This document shows positions 12,594 to 21,569 of a DNA stretch of 64,000 nucleotides, piece by piece. A model generated the notes under the pieces. The model did not search any database, was not told the DNA's origin, and saw only the letters and a list, made by a program, of their open reading frames with translations. Numbering within the stretch: the first letter of the stretch is position 1; each line of letters opens with the position of its first letter. The position numbers and the translations under genes are program-made. Location of the stretch: the NCBI GenBank assembly GCA_965219955.1, contig OZ244799.1, positions 64,001-128,000 of the forward strand, written 5' to 3'. Source of the stretch: a bacterium (lineage in GTDB: Bacteria; UBA8248).

Positions 12594-15005
12594 ATGCGGA
12601 TTAGCCTGGAGTGGCTCGCCGATTTTATCGATCTGGACCTGGAAGACGCCGAACTGCCCGAACGCCTGGCGAACGGCCTTCTGCTTGCCGGTCTGGAAGT
12701 CGAGGCGCTCGAACGTCCCGAAGCGTCGTTCGACGGGCTGGTGGTGGCCGAGGTCCTGTCTGTGGATTCCCACCCCAACGCGGACAGGCTCAAACTCTGC
12801 CGCGTGGCCGATGGCGCGGGGGAGCGTTCCGTGGTGTGCGGCGCGCCCAACGTCGCGGCGGGCCGGCGCGTCGTCCTGGCAACGCCCGGGGTGCGGATGC
12901 CGGGGGGAATGAAGGTCGAAGTCGCGCGCATTCGCGGCGAGCAGAGCGAGGGGATGATCTGCTCGGAGCGCGAGCTCGGCCTGGGGGCGGATCACAGCGG
13001 CATCATGTTGCTCTCGGGCGCGGCCGAAGTCGGGAGTGACGCGGCGGAGCTTCTGGGGCTGAACGACGTGGTTTTCGACATCTCGATTACGCCGAATCGC
13101 GCGGATTGCCTGTCCGTCCTGGGCGTGGCGCGCGAGGCGGCGGCCCTTTTGGGGATCCCGCTGCGAACCCCCGAGGTTTCCATCCAGGAAGAAGAGAGCG
13201 TTTCCGCGTCTTCGGTCTGCGCGGTGGAGATCCTGGACCCGGACAAGTGTCCGCGCTACGCCGCCCGCATCATCCAGGGCGTGGAGATCGGCCCGTCGCC
13301 CGGGTGGATGTCGCGTCGCTTGAGAGCGGCCGGTATGCGGCCGATCAACAACGTGGTCGACGTGACGAACTACGTGATGCTCTCCCTCGGCCAGCCGCTC
13401 CACGCGTTCGATCTGCACCGCCTCGCAGAGCAGAAGATCATCGTGAGAAGGTGGAGCGGGAGCGACGGTCCCTTCACCACGCTCGACGGCCAGGGGCGCG
13501 AAATGGACGATGAGGACCTCATGATATGCGACGGTGAAAAACCCGTCGCCATCGGCGGTGTGATGGGGGGTCTGTTCTCCGAGGTGAGCGACGACACCCG
13601 CGACATTCTTTTGGAGAGCGCCTATTTCACGCCCCAGACCATCCGCCGCACCCGCAGGCGTCTGGGCATGTCGACGGAGGCGTCCTATCGCTTCGAACGG
13701 GGGGTGGACCCTTCGGGCACCGTGCGCGCGGCGGACCTGGCCGCCGAACTCATCCGCCGGACGGCGGGCGGCGTTATCGCCCACGGGGCCGTGGATGCGC
13801 ATCCCGCGCCTGTCGCTCCCAAGCAGGTGCCGATTCGGGTGGCGCGCGCATCGAGCCTGCTCGGCGTGTCCCTGGACGCCCCCCGGGTGAGGGAGAGCCT
13901 CGAATCCCTGGGGCTTCTCGTGAGCGAGCAGGAAGACGGCGTCTTCAGCGTCGAGGTTCCGACTTTCCGGCCCGACATCGAACGCGAGATCGACCTCATC
14001 GAGGAGGTGGGCAGAAGGGTGGGCTACGAGAACATTCCCGCCACGCTTCCGGCTTCGGGAAGCCCCGCCGCAAGGCCGACGCGCACCCGCTCCCTGGAGC
14101 TTCAGGCGCGCCGGATCATGGTGGCCGGCGGATTCAGCGAGGCGCTCAACTACAGCTTCGTCAGCAGAGAGGCTCTTGAGAGCATGGGGTGGCGCGATGA
14201 GCAGATGGTGGCGCTGCGCAATCCCCTGAGCGGCGAGATGGACGTGCTCAGAACCACGCTCCTCGCCGGTTTGCTGGCGAACGTGGCGCACAACCAGAGC
14301 CGGGGGGTGAGCGAAATTCGCCTGTTCGAGCTGGGGCGCTCGTTTCATCCCGTAAATGGAGATGCGTTGCCGGAGCAGGTGTTGCGCATGGCCGGCCTCC
14401 TCGTGGGGAGCGCGGCGGCCGGGGATGGTGTATCGCTGCCGGAGGCTCTGTCTGAACTCAAAGGGGTGCTCGAGCGCTTCCTGGGATCCTCGGGACTGGA
14501 GGATCTCCGGTTCGAGCCGGTCGACGCGGCCCCGGGTTGGGAGTCCTCTGCGGTTTCCAGGGTCCTCGCCGGCGGCGTGACGCTCGGAAACATCGGGTTG
14601 GTGTCGCCCGAGGCGTTGGGTTTCTTGGACATCGAGACGGACGTGTCCGCTTTCGAGATCAGCCTCGCCGCTTTGGCCGAGATCGACCCGGCTCCACTTC
14701 GTCTGACGCCCTTGCCGAGGTATCCGGCCTCGCTTCGCGATCTGGCGGTGGTGGTGGATGCGGTGCGGACGAATGGGGAGATCGAGGAGGTCATCCATCA
14801 AGCGGGTGGGGACTGGCTGGAGTCGGTGAATCTGTTCGACGTCTATCAGGACCCCGCCTTGAAGGACTCAGGCGAGAAAAGCCTGGCGTATTCGCTGGTA
14901 TTCCGTCACCCGGAGGCGACGCTCACGGACGAGCAGGTCAACGAGGCGTTCGATGAAATCGTCGGGGCCTTGGGCGCGCGTCTGGACGCGCGGCTTCGCT
15001 CGTGA
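12594..15005 (+). CDS. pheT: Phenylalanine--tRNA ligase beta subunit
   Basis: HPNADRL, VCGAPNV, TPNRADCLS, SYRFERGVD, C-terminal FDX-ACB domain. Confidence 0.97.
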   Translation: MRISLEWLADFIDLDLEDAELPERLANGLLLAGLEVEALERPEASFDGLVVAEVLSVDSHPNADRLKLCRVADGAGERSVVCGAPNVAAGRRVVLATPGVRMPGGMKVEVARIRGEQSEGMICSERELGLGADHSGIMLLSGAAEVGSDAAELLGLNDVVFDISITPNRADCLSVLGVAREAAALLGIPLRTPEVSIQEEESVSASSVCAVEILDPDKCPRYAARIIQGVEIGPSPGWMSRRLRAAGMRPINNVVDVTNYVMLSLGQPLHAFDLHRLAEQKIIVRRWSGSDGPFTTLDGQGREMDDEDLMICDGEKPVAIGGVMGGLFSEVSDDTRDILLESAYFTPQTIRRTRRRLGMSTEASYRFERGVDPSGTVRAADLAAELIRRTAGGVIAHGAVDAHPAPVAPKQVPIRVARASSLLGVSLDAPRVRESLESLGLLVSEQEDGVFSVEVPTFRPDIEREIDLIEEVGRRVGYENIPATLPASGSPAARPTRTRSLELQARRIMVAGGFSEALNYSFVSREALESMGWRDEQMVALRNPLSGEMDVLRTTLLAGLLANVAHNQSRGVSEIRLFELGRSFHPVNGDALPEQVLRMAGLLVGSAAAGDGVSLPEALSELKGVLERFLGSSGLEDLRFEPVDAAPGWESSAVSRVLAGGVTLGNIGLVSPEALGFLDIETDVSAFEISLAALAEIDPAPLRLTPLPRYPASLRDLAVVVDAVRTNGEIEEVIHQAGGDWLESVNLFDVYQDPALKDSGEKSLAYSLVFRHPEATLTDEQVNEAFDEIVGALGARLDARLRS

Positions 15006-15101
15006 TGGTTTCCTTGACACCGCTTTTTTCCGACCCTAGAATCATTTCCGTGCATTGTGGAACTCATTTTTTTGTCTTGCGCCCGTGGAAAGAGTGTCCG
15101 A

Positions 15102-15356
15102 ATGGTCATTGATAAATTAAACGCGCTCGAAGCCGCGCTCTCGAATCTATTGGAGGAACGCAACGCCCTGAGGCGCTCCCGGGCGGAGTTGGAATCGCAG
15201 CTCCAGAGGCTGAGGGAGGAGGCCCGCGCCGATTCCGAGTCCGTACGCGCCCAGGCCGACGATTTGGCGAAGTGCCAGGCGGAAAACGCGCAGCTTCAAA
15301 AAGAGCAGGCCGAAGTCCGGGAACGCGTGGAGAAGATTCTGGCGCACATCGAGTAG
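15102..15356 (+). CDS. Coiled-coil cell division protein, ZapB-like
   Basis: All-helical heptad pattern ending RERVEKILAHIE, directly upstream of zapA. Confidence 0.65.
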   Translation: MVIDKLNALEAALSNLLEERNALRRSRAELESQLQRLREEARADSESVRAQADDLAKCQAENAQLQKEQAEVRERVEKILAHIE

Positions 15357-15398
15357 TTCGCCGCACGCATGCAGCACTAGGGCATAAGGAGACAACTT

Positions 15399-15677
15399 AT
15401 GGCCGGGGGGAATAAACTGATGGTGGAGATATTTGGTCATTCCTTGAGCCTGAGAAGTTCGGCCAATACCGAATATACCTTGGAGCTCGCCGAATACGTT
15501 GATTCTGAAATTCGCAAGGTCTCACGACAGTCGAACGATCCGATCAAGGTTGTTCTGCTGGCGTCGATGAACATCGCCAACGAGTTGTTCGAGGAAAGAG
15601 AAGCGAAAGAAAAAAGTGAGGAAGCCCTCTCACAACGCGCTGATTCTCTGTTGGAGATGGTGAAAAGATCGGCCTGA
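15399..15677 (+). CDS. zapA: Cell division protein ZapA
   Basis: VEIFG..LAEYVD..VLLASMNIANELF pattern; upstream of 6S RNA. Confidence 0.85.
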   Translation: MAGGNKLMVEIFGHSLSLRSSANTEYTLELAEYVDSEIRKVSRQSNDPIKVVLLASMNIANELFEEREAKEKSEEALSQRADSLLEMVKRSA

Positions 15678-15754
15678 ATGGAAGTTTCTCTCCACGCAGT
15701 AGCTTCTCCCTGTATTCATCCTCTGGTTTTAGTGTCATAATGCTTTCTTGTCTT

Positions 15755-15932
15755 GACCCTGCCGTGTTCGTGATGGGGCGAAGCATTTTGACCCAGTACG
15801 AATGTAGCGGGAGTCCTGCCCCACGGTGGTGAGCTATTCCTCTCGGGGAGTTCGGCCTAAAGCCGTGGACATGGACGCCCACCTGGCGAAAGCTGGGTTC
15901 AAAGCGAACTTCACACGGCACAGGGCGGGGTC
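15755..15932 (+). ncRNA. ssrS: 6S RNA
   Basis: About 178 nt; 5' GACCCTGCCGTGT pairs with 3' ACACGGCA..GGGGTC; CATAAT -10-like box upstream; conserved zapA-ssrS-ygfA synteny. Confidence 0.85.
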
Positions 15933-16013
15933 ATTACTGATATGCGCCTCGGGTCCGTGGGCAGGTTTCCGCTCCTGCTCGAGGGACCCGGGTATGGCGT
16001 TGAAAGAATATTC

Positions 16014-16652
16014 ATGGCCGAATCATACATGGAGAAACAAGACGTTCGGCTGAAGATGAAGGAGATGAGAGAGCAACTTCCCCCTGCCGAGGCCGGCGTG
16101 TTGAGCCGGCGGGCGGGACGGCGCCTGGATTCTTTTCTGGTTTTCATGGGCGCGCTCAGGGTGGGAATATATGCAGCGGTTCGCGGCGAGATGAACTTCT
16201 CGTCGCTCTGGAGTGAATGCAGCGATGCGAAAAGAACGTATTGTTTCCCCAGAGTGGGGAAAGATGTTTTGCACTTCTGTCCGGTGAATCATCCCGAGGC
16301 GGAGCTTCAGCCGGGCGCGCTTCGAATTCCGGAACCTGTTCGCGATATTCCCCCCCTGGATGTGAATGAACTGGATGTGGTCGTTACCCCCGGCCTTGCA
16401 TTCGATCTCTATGGCGGCAGGCTGGGAATCGGCGGGGGATTCTACGATCGCACGTTTCAGGGTCGCCGCGGCGGCCTGCATGAGTCCGGACCTTTGCTGG
16501 TGGGCGCCGGTTATGCGTTTCAGTTGCTCGTCGGTGAGTCCTGGAAGCGGGATGAGTGGGATGTCGGTGTTGATTGGGTGATAACCGATCGGGGGGCGAT
16601 GCGATGCCTCCCACGTGAATATATGCCCCAGGAGGCGGATGAATATGGATAA
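16014..16652 (+). CDS. ygfA: 5-formyltetrahydrofolate cyclo-ligase
   Basis: K..R..MKE.R N-terminus, PGLAFD..GGRLGIGGGFYDR; follows 6S RNA. Confidence 0.9.
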   Translation: MAESYMEKQDVRLKMKEMREQLPPAEAGVLSRRAGRRLDSFLVFMGALRVGIYAAVRGEMNFSSLWSECSDAKRTYCFPRVGKDVLHFCPVNHPEAELQPGALRIPEPVRDIPPLDVNELDVVVTPGLAFDLYGGRLGIGGGFYDRTFQGRRGGLHESGPLLVGAGYAFQLLVGESWKRDEWDVGVDWVITDRGAMRCLPREYMPQEADEYG

Positions 16653-18228
16653 CGTGATTTTGTGGCAGATGGTCGTTGTTGCAGTCGCCCTCGTGTGCGT
16701 GGTGGTGTTGTTCATCATGCGGGCGATGAAGCGCCGGCATGAAGAGACGGTGGCCCGCCTGGAGGCGGACGCCGAGGAGCGGGTTCAGCAGATCAACGAG
16801 AGCGCGGCCAAGGAGCTCTCGCAGAAGATCCAGGAATCCCAGGTGGCGCACAAGGCGGAATTGCTTCAGGAAAGAGAGCGCATCGAGCGGGAGAACAAAT
16901 CCCGCGTGGAGGAGTTGCAGAAGTTTGAGCAAAGGGTGAATCAGCGCGAAGAGACGCTGGACAGGCGCCGGGAGAGCCTCGACGGCAAAGAAGCGGCCGT
17001 TGAGCGCCGCGAGGCCGAATTGGGTGGAAAAGAACAGGAGTTGAAGCGCGAGCATGCGCGCTACAAGCAGTTGCAGGAAGAGGAAATCAGAAAACTCGAG
17101 GAAATTTCCGGCCTCAGCGTCGAGAACGCCAAGAAAGAGCTCCAGGATCGCTTTATGGAGGAGGCGAAACAGGATATCGCCGCCGAAGTGCAGCGCCTCG
17201 AGCGCCGGGCGAGGAGTACCGTGGAAGCCGAGGCGAAACAGGCGCTCGCCCTGGCCGTGGAGCGCTTCTCCTCCGAGCATGTGGCGGAAAACCTGGTGAG
17301 CGTGGTGGATTTGCCGACCGATGAGATGAAAGGCCGCATCATCGGCCGCGAGGGCAGGAACATCCGGGCTCTCGAGATGGCGACCGGCGTGGACGTGATC
17401 ATCGACGATACGCCCGAGGCCGTCGTCGTCTCCGGCTTCGACAAGGTTCGCCGCGAGACGGCGCGCCAGGCGCTCGAAGCGCTCGTCCAGGACGGGAGAA
17501 TCCACCCGGGCAGAATCGAGGACATCGTCAACAAGACGAAAAAAGACATCGATACGCAGATACGCCAGGCGGGCGAGGAAGTCGTGATGGAACTGGGTGT
17601 GGGCGACGTGCATCCCGAACTCGTGAACATGCTGGGTCGCCTCAAGTACCGCACGAGCTACAGCCAGAACGCCCTCATGCACTCCAAAGAAGTGGCCTAT
17701 CTCGCGGGGATGCTGGCGGATGAGTTGCGCATCGACCCCACGATGGCGAAGCGCGCCGGCTTGTTTCACGACATCGGCAAGGCGGCGACGCACGAGGTCG
17801 AGGGTTCGCACGTCCAGATAGGCTACGACATCGCAAAGCGCTACAACGAGCCGCCCGAGGTCTTGAACGCCATCGTCTCCCACCACGAGGACGAGGAGGC
17901 GAACTGCATCGAATCCGTCCTGGTGAAGGCGGCCGATACCCTGTCCGCCGCCCGGCCGGGTGCGAGGCGCGAGATGGTGGAAAGCTACATCAAGCGCTTG
18001 GAGGCGCTGGAGAAGATCGCCGAATCGTTCAATGGCGTGGAGAAGTGCTTCGCCATTCAGGCGGGCCGGGAGATTCGCGTGTCGGTCCTGCCCGATGAGG
18101 TGACCGACTCGCAGGCCACCTTCCTGGCGCGCGACATCGCCAAGAGAATCGAGAGCGAACGCACGTATCCGGGCGAAATCCTCGTCACCGTCATTCGCGA
18201 AACCCGCCACGTGGCCACTGCGCGTTGA
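16645..18228 (+). CDS. rny: Ribonuclease Y
   Basis: N-terminal TM and coiled coil, KGRIIGREGRNIR KH domain, HDIGK HD domain; GGAGG RBS before ATG 16645. Confidence 0.97.
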   Translation: MDNVILWQMVVVAVALVCVVVLFIMRAMKRRHEETVARLEADAEERVQQINESAAKELSQKIQESQVAHKAELLQERERIERENKSRVEELQKFEQRVNQREETLDRRRESLDGKEAAVERREAELGGKEQELKREHARYKQLQEEEIRKLEEISGLSVENAKKELQDRFMEEAKQDIAAEVQRLERRARSTVEAEAKQALALAVERFSSEHVAENLVSVVDLPTDEMKGRIIGREGRNIRALEMATGVDVIIDDTPEAVVVSGFDKVRRETARQALEALVQDGRIHPGRIEDIVNKTKKDIDTQIRQAGEEVVMELGVGDVHPELVNMLGRLKYRTSYSQNALMHSKEVAYLAGMLADELRIDPTMAKRAGLFHDIGKAATHEVEGSHVQIGYDIAKRYNEPPEVLNAIVSHHEDEEANCIESVLVKAADTLSAARPGARREMVESYIKRLEALEKIAESFNGVEKCFAIQAGREIRVSVLPDEVTDSQATFLARDIAKRIESERTYPGEILVTVIRETRHVATAR

Positions 18229-18235
18229 GGTTGCC

Positions 18236-19015
18236 TTGAGGCTGCTGTTCGTCGGAGACATCACGGGGAAAGTGGGCCGGCGGATGGCTTGCGACCACCT
18301 CGGCCCGCTCAGGGAAAAGCACCGGGTGGACGTATGCGTCATCAACGGGGAGAACGCGGCCGGCGGCTTCGGGATCAACAACGCGCACGTCGACGAGTTG
18401 CTCGATGCGGGCGCGGACGTCATCACCTCGGGGAATCACATCTGGAACCGCAAGGAGACGGCCGATTTCATCCTGCGCGAACCCCGCCTGCTCAGGCCCG
18501 GGAACTACCCTCCCCGGACGCCGGGCAAGGGCGTCTTCGTGCTGGAATGCCAGGGAGGGCGCCTCGCCGTCCTGAACCTCATGGGCCGCGTCTTCATGCC
18601 GCCCATCGAATGTCCTTTCCGGGCAGCCGATGAACTCGTGAGGACGGTGGGCAATGAGACCAACATGATCATGGTGGATTTTCACGCGGAGGCCACGAGC
18701 GAGAAGGTGGCGATGGGCTGGCATCTCGACGGTCGCGTGAGCGCTGTTTTCGGAACGCATACCCACATCCAGACGGCGGACGAGCGGGTGCTGCCCAAAG
18801 GCACGGCCTTCATCACGGACGTCGGCATGACGGGGCCTCGCAATTCCATCATCGGCATGAAGACGGAAATCGTTCTGGATAAGTTTCTGTCCGGGCTTCC
18901 CCGCCGCTTCGAGGTGGCCGGAGGCGAGGGGCAGCTCAACGGCGCGCTCGTCGAGATATCTCCGGATACCGGGAAGGCGCTTTCGGTTGAACGCGTCCAG
19001 GTGCTCGAGGGATAG
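18236..19015 (+). CDS. ymdB: YmdB-family metallophosphoesterase
   Basis: GDI.G, NGENAAGG, TSGNHIW, DFHAEATSEK, GTHTHIQTAD; follows rny. Confidence 0.93.
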   Translation: MRLLFVGDITGKVGRRMACDHLGPLREKHRVDVCVINGENAAGGFGINNAHVDELLDAGADVITSGNHIWNRKETADFILREPRLLRPGNYPPRTPGKGVFVLECQGGRLAVLNLMGRVFMPPIECPFRAADELVRTVGNETNMIMVDFHAEATSEKVAMGWHLDGRVSAVFGTHTHIQTADERVLPKGTAFITDVGMTGPRNSIIGMKTEIVLDKFLSGLPRRFEVAGGEGQLNGALVEISPDTGKALSVERVQVLEG

Positions 19016-19059
19016 CGCCGGAGCGTACGCCTGCTCAGGCATTTTCCCCGATAAAGACT

Positions 19060-19665
19060 TCAGTGCCCGTTTCTGTGGGTGGACTTGTCGTAATCGGTGA
19101 GGGCGAATTTTGAAGGCTTGTCCCTTTTGAGCAATGCAAGCAATCGCTTCAGGCGCCAGGCGATGGAGCGAGAACCCAGGAAGGACTGTTTTTCCCGAAG
19201 CGGCAGCCTGAGAACCTCGGCGACGGCGAAAGAGAGCTGAAAGGGGTTTTCCCGCAATTCCTCGGGCAGATTCAGGGGCATCGATTCGTTTTTTTCGAGA
19301 GCGTCCCACACCATCCGGCACAATTCCGTGGGGTCTTCTCCTTCTTCATCATGAAAATCGCTCACCTCACCCTCGAAATAGGGCTGGCTGTCATAGATGC
19401 GGAAGACCTCGAAGCGCTGCTCGCCCAGGGTCAGAATGTTCATCCTGCCGTCGGGAAATTTTTCGAACACCTCGGTCACGCGGGCCACGCATCCAATCTT
19501 GTGGATGCCGCCTTTCCCCACCAAAACGACCCCGAAGGGCGCTTCGTCCTCGATGCACTCGCCGATCATGATTTTGTAGCGTTCCTCGAAAATATGCAGG
19601 GGCAGCCGCTGGCCCGGCAGGAGAACCACTTGGAGCGGAAACAGGGGCAGGCGATAGGTAGTCAT
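19060..19665 (-). CDS. LON peptidase N-terminal (substrate-binding) domain protein
   Basis: LPLFPL.VVLLPG..LPLHIFEERY, FGVV, DGR.NI; real start ATG 19665 lies inside the longer track ORF. Confidence 0.88.
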   Translation of the reverse strand: MTTYRLPLFPLQVVLLPGQRLPLHIFEERYKIMIGECIEDEAPFGVVLVGKGGIHKIGCVARVTEVFEKFPDGRMNILTLGEQRFEVFRIYDSQPYFEGEVSDFHDEEGEDPTELCRMVWDALEKNESMPLNLPEELRENPFQLSFAVAEVLRLPLREKQSFLGSRSIAWRLKRLLALLKRDKPSKFALTDYDKSTHRNGH

Positions 19666-19872
19666 GAGAAAATTGTAACTTGAATCGCCCGATTTTGAAA
19701 TTCGCCGGAAATTCCCGGAGGCGGAGCGCCCGTGTTGTTCCGGCCCGGCGCATCCCGCTCTCTGGAAGGGCCTCGAAATCCGCTCAAGCTGGCCTGATGG
19801 CGCGCGAATATGGTATTTTTCTTTGAGACAAGGGCGGCATTCGATTTTCTGTTTTTGTGGAGGTTTCCCGCG

Positions 19873-21501
19873 ATGATCGAGCCGAGCATCGCCACGGCCC
19901 AGAGGGCCTGGAGCGAACCTGCGGAGGAGGGTGGTACGGCCACCCTCTCGGGTATCGCTCTGCCGGCGTTTTTCGGCCCGGGCGAAGTCGACCCAAAGGC
20001 CCTCGACGAGAAGCCGGGAGCGCATCCCTACACGCGCGGAATCTACGAGAACATGTACAGGGGCAGGCTCTGGACGATGCGCCAATACGCCGGTTTCGGC
20101 AGCGCGCGGGAGAGCAACCACCGTTACCGCTATCTCCTCGATCACGGGCAGATGGGGATTTCCGTGGCGTTCGATCTGCCCACCCAGATTGGCTACGACC
20201 CGGATCATCCCCTGGTATACGGCGAAGTGGGCCGCGTGGGGGTGTCCATCGCCTCCGTCGAGGACATGGAGGTCTTGCTTGAAGACATTCCGCTGGACAA
20301 GATTTCCACGTCGATGACCATCAACGCCACAGCACCCATTCTGCTGGCCCTCTACGTCGCGGTGGCCGAGAAGCGCGGCATTCCCTCCGAGGCGCTCCGT
20401 GGGACTGTGCAGAACGACATCTTGAAGGAATACATCGCGCGCGGCACCTACATTTATCCGCCCGGGGCGAGCCTGCGCCTGATCACCGACACGATGGAGT
20501 TCTGCAAGGACAGGGTGCCCAAATGGAACGCCATATCGATCAGCGGCTACCACATCCGCGAGGCGGGCTCGACCGCCGTTCAGGAGGTCGCCTTCACGCT
20601 CGCGAACGCCATCACCTATGTGGAGGCCGCGGTGGCCGCAGGCCTGAGTGTAGATGAGCTCGCTTCACAGATATCTTTTTTCTTCAACGTCCACAATCAC
20701 TTTCTGGAGGAGATCGCGAAGTTCCGCGCCGCGCGCAGGCTCTGGGCGCGGATCATGCGCGAGCGCTTCGGGGCGCGTTCGGAGAAGGCCTGCATGCTGC
20801 GGTTTCACTCCCAGACCGCCGGCAGCGCGCTGACCGCGCAGCAGCCGAAAAACAACGTCGTGCGCGTCGCGCTTCAGGCGATGGCCGCCGTGCTGGGGGG
20901 TACGCAGTCGCTTCACACGAATTCGATGGACGAGGCTCTCTCCCTGCCCACGGAGAACGCCGCGAGGCTCGCGCTCAGAACCCAGCAGATACTCGCCGAG
21001 GAATCGAACGTGCCGAACGTGGCGGACCCGTGCGGGGGAGCGTACGCCATCGAGGCGCTGACGTCCGAGATTGCCTCCCGGGCGGAGGAAATCATTCGGC
21101 ATATCGACGATACCGGCGGCATGCTTCACGCCATCGAAACGGGATGGGTGCAGCGCCAGATTCAGGAGAGCGCCTTTGCTTATCAGCGCCTCGTCGATGA
21201 GGGGGAGATGGTCGTCGTCGGCGTGAACCGGTTTGAACAGGAAGAGGAATCGCGCATCTCGACGCTCCAGATTCGCCCCGAGGTCGAGGGAGAACAGAAG
21301 GAGCGTGTCGAATCGCTGAGGATACGGCGCCACGCCGACCGTACGAGCGAGGCCCTCGACGCCTTGAGTCACGCGGCCAGGGGTGATGACAATCTTCTGC
21401 CCTACATCCTCAGGGCGGTGCAGGCCGAGGCCACGGTCGGGGAAATCGCGGACACCATGCGCGAGGTTTTCGGCCTGTATCAGCAAGACGTCGCCATCTG
21501 A
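19873..21501 (+). CDS. Methylmalonyl-CoA mutase, substrate-binding (large) subunit
   Basis: [38 protein letters not shown]; no B12-binding domain; GGAGG RBS. Confidence 0.92.
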   Translation: MIEPSIATAQRAWSEPAEEGGTATLSGIALPAFFGPGEVDPKALDEKPGAHPYTRGIYENMYRGRLWTMRQYAGFGSARESNHRYRYLLDHGQMGISVAFDLPTQIGYDPDHPLVYGEVGRVGVSIASVEDMEVLLEDIPLDKISTSMTINATAPILLALYVAVAEKRGIPSEALRGTVQNDILKEYIARGTYIYPPGASLRLITDTMEFCKDRVPKWNAISISGYHIREAGSTAVQEVAFTLANAITYVEAAVAAGLSVDELASQISFFFNVHNHFLEEIAKFRAARRLWARIMRERFGARSEKACMLRFHSQTAGSALTAQQPKNNVVRVALQAMAAVLGGTQSLHTNSMDEALSLPTENAARLALRTQQILAEESNVPNVADPCGGAYAIEALTSEIASRAEEIIRHIDDTGGMLHAIETGWVQRQIQESAFAYQRLVDEGEMVVVGVNRFEQEEESRISTLQIRPEVEGEQKERVESLRIRRHADRTSEALDALSHAARGDDNLLPYILRAVQAEATVGEIADTMREVFGLYQQDVAI

Positions 21502-21569
21502 AGCGTGATGGCATATTCTCCCCCCCGGAGATTTTCAGGTCAAAGAGCGACATTTGGAGAAATCTGCAT

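Noticed and set aside
12570-14801. 743-aa minus-strand ORF and similar long antisense ORFs (16384..18426, 8182..9615, 59658..61190)
   Set aside because: Shadow frames opposite well-supported genes, expected from high-GC codon bias; no family motifs.
15102-19015. zapB-zapA-6S-ygfA-rny-ymdB cluster as a novel system
   Set aside because: This is a well-known conserved gene order; useful only as a taxonomic hint.
19666-20553. Long N-terminal extension of the LON-domain ORF
   Set aside because: It overlaps the mutase antisense; the domain starts at ATG 19665.
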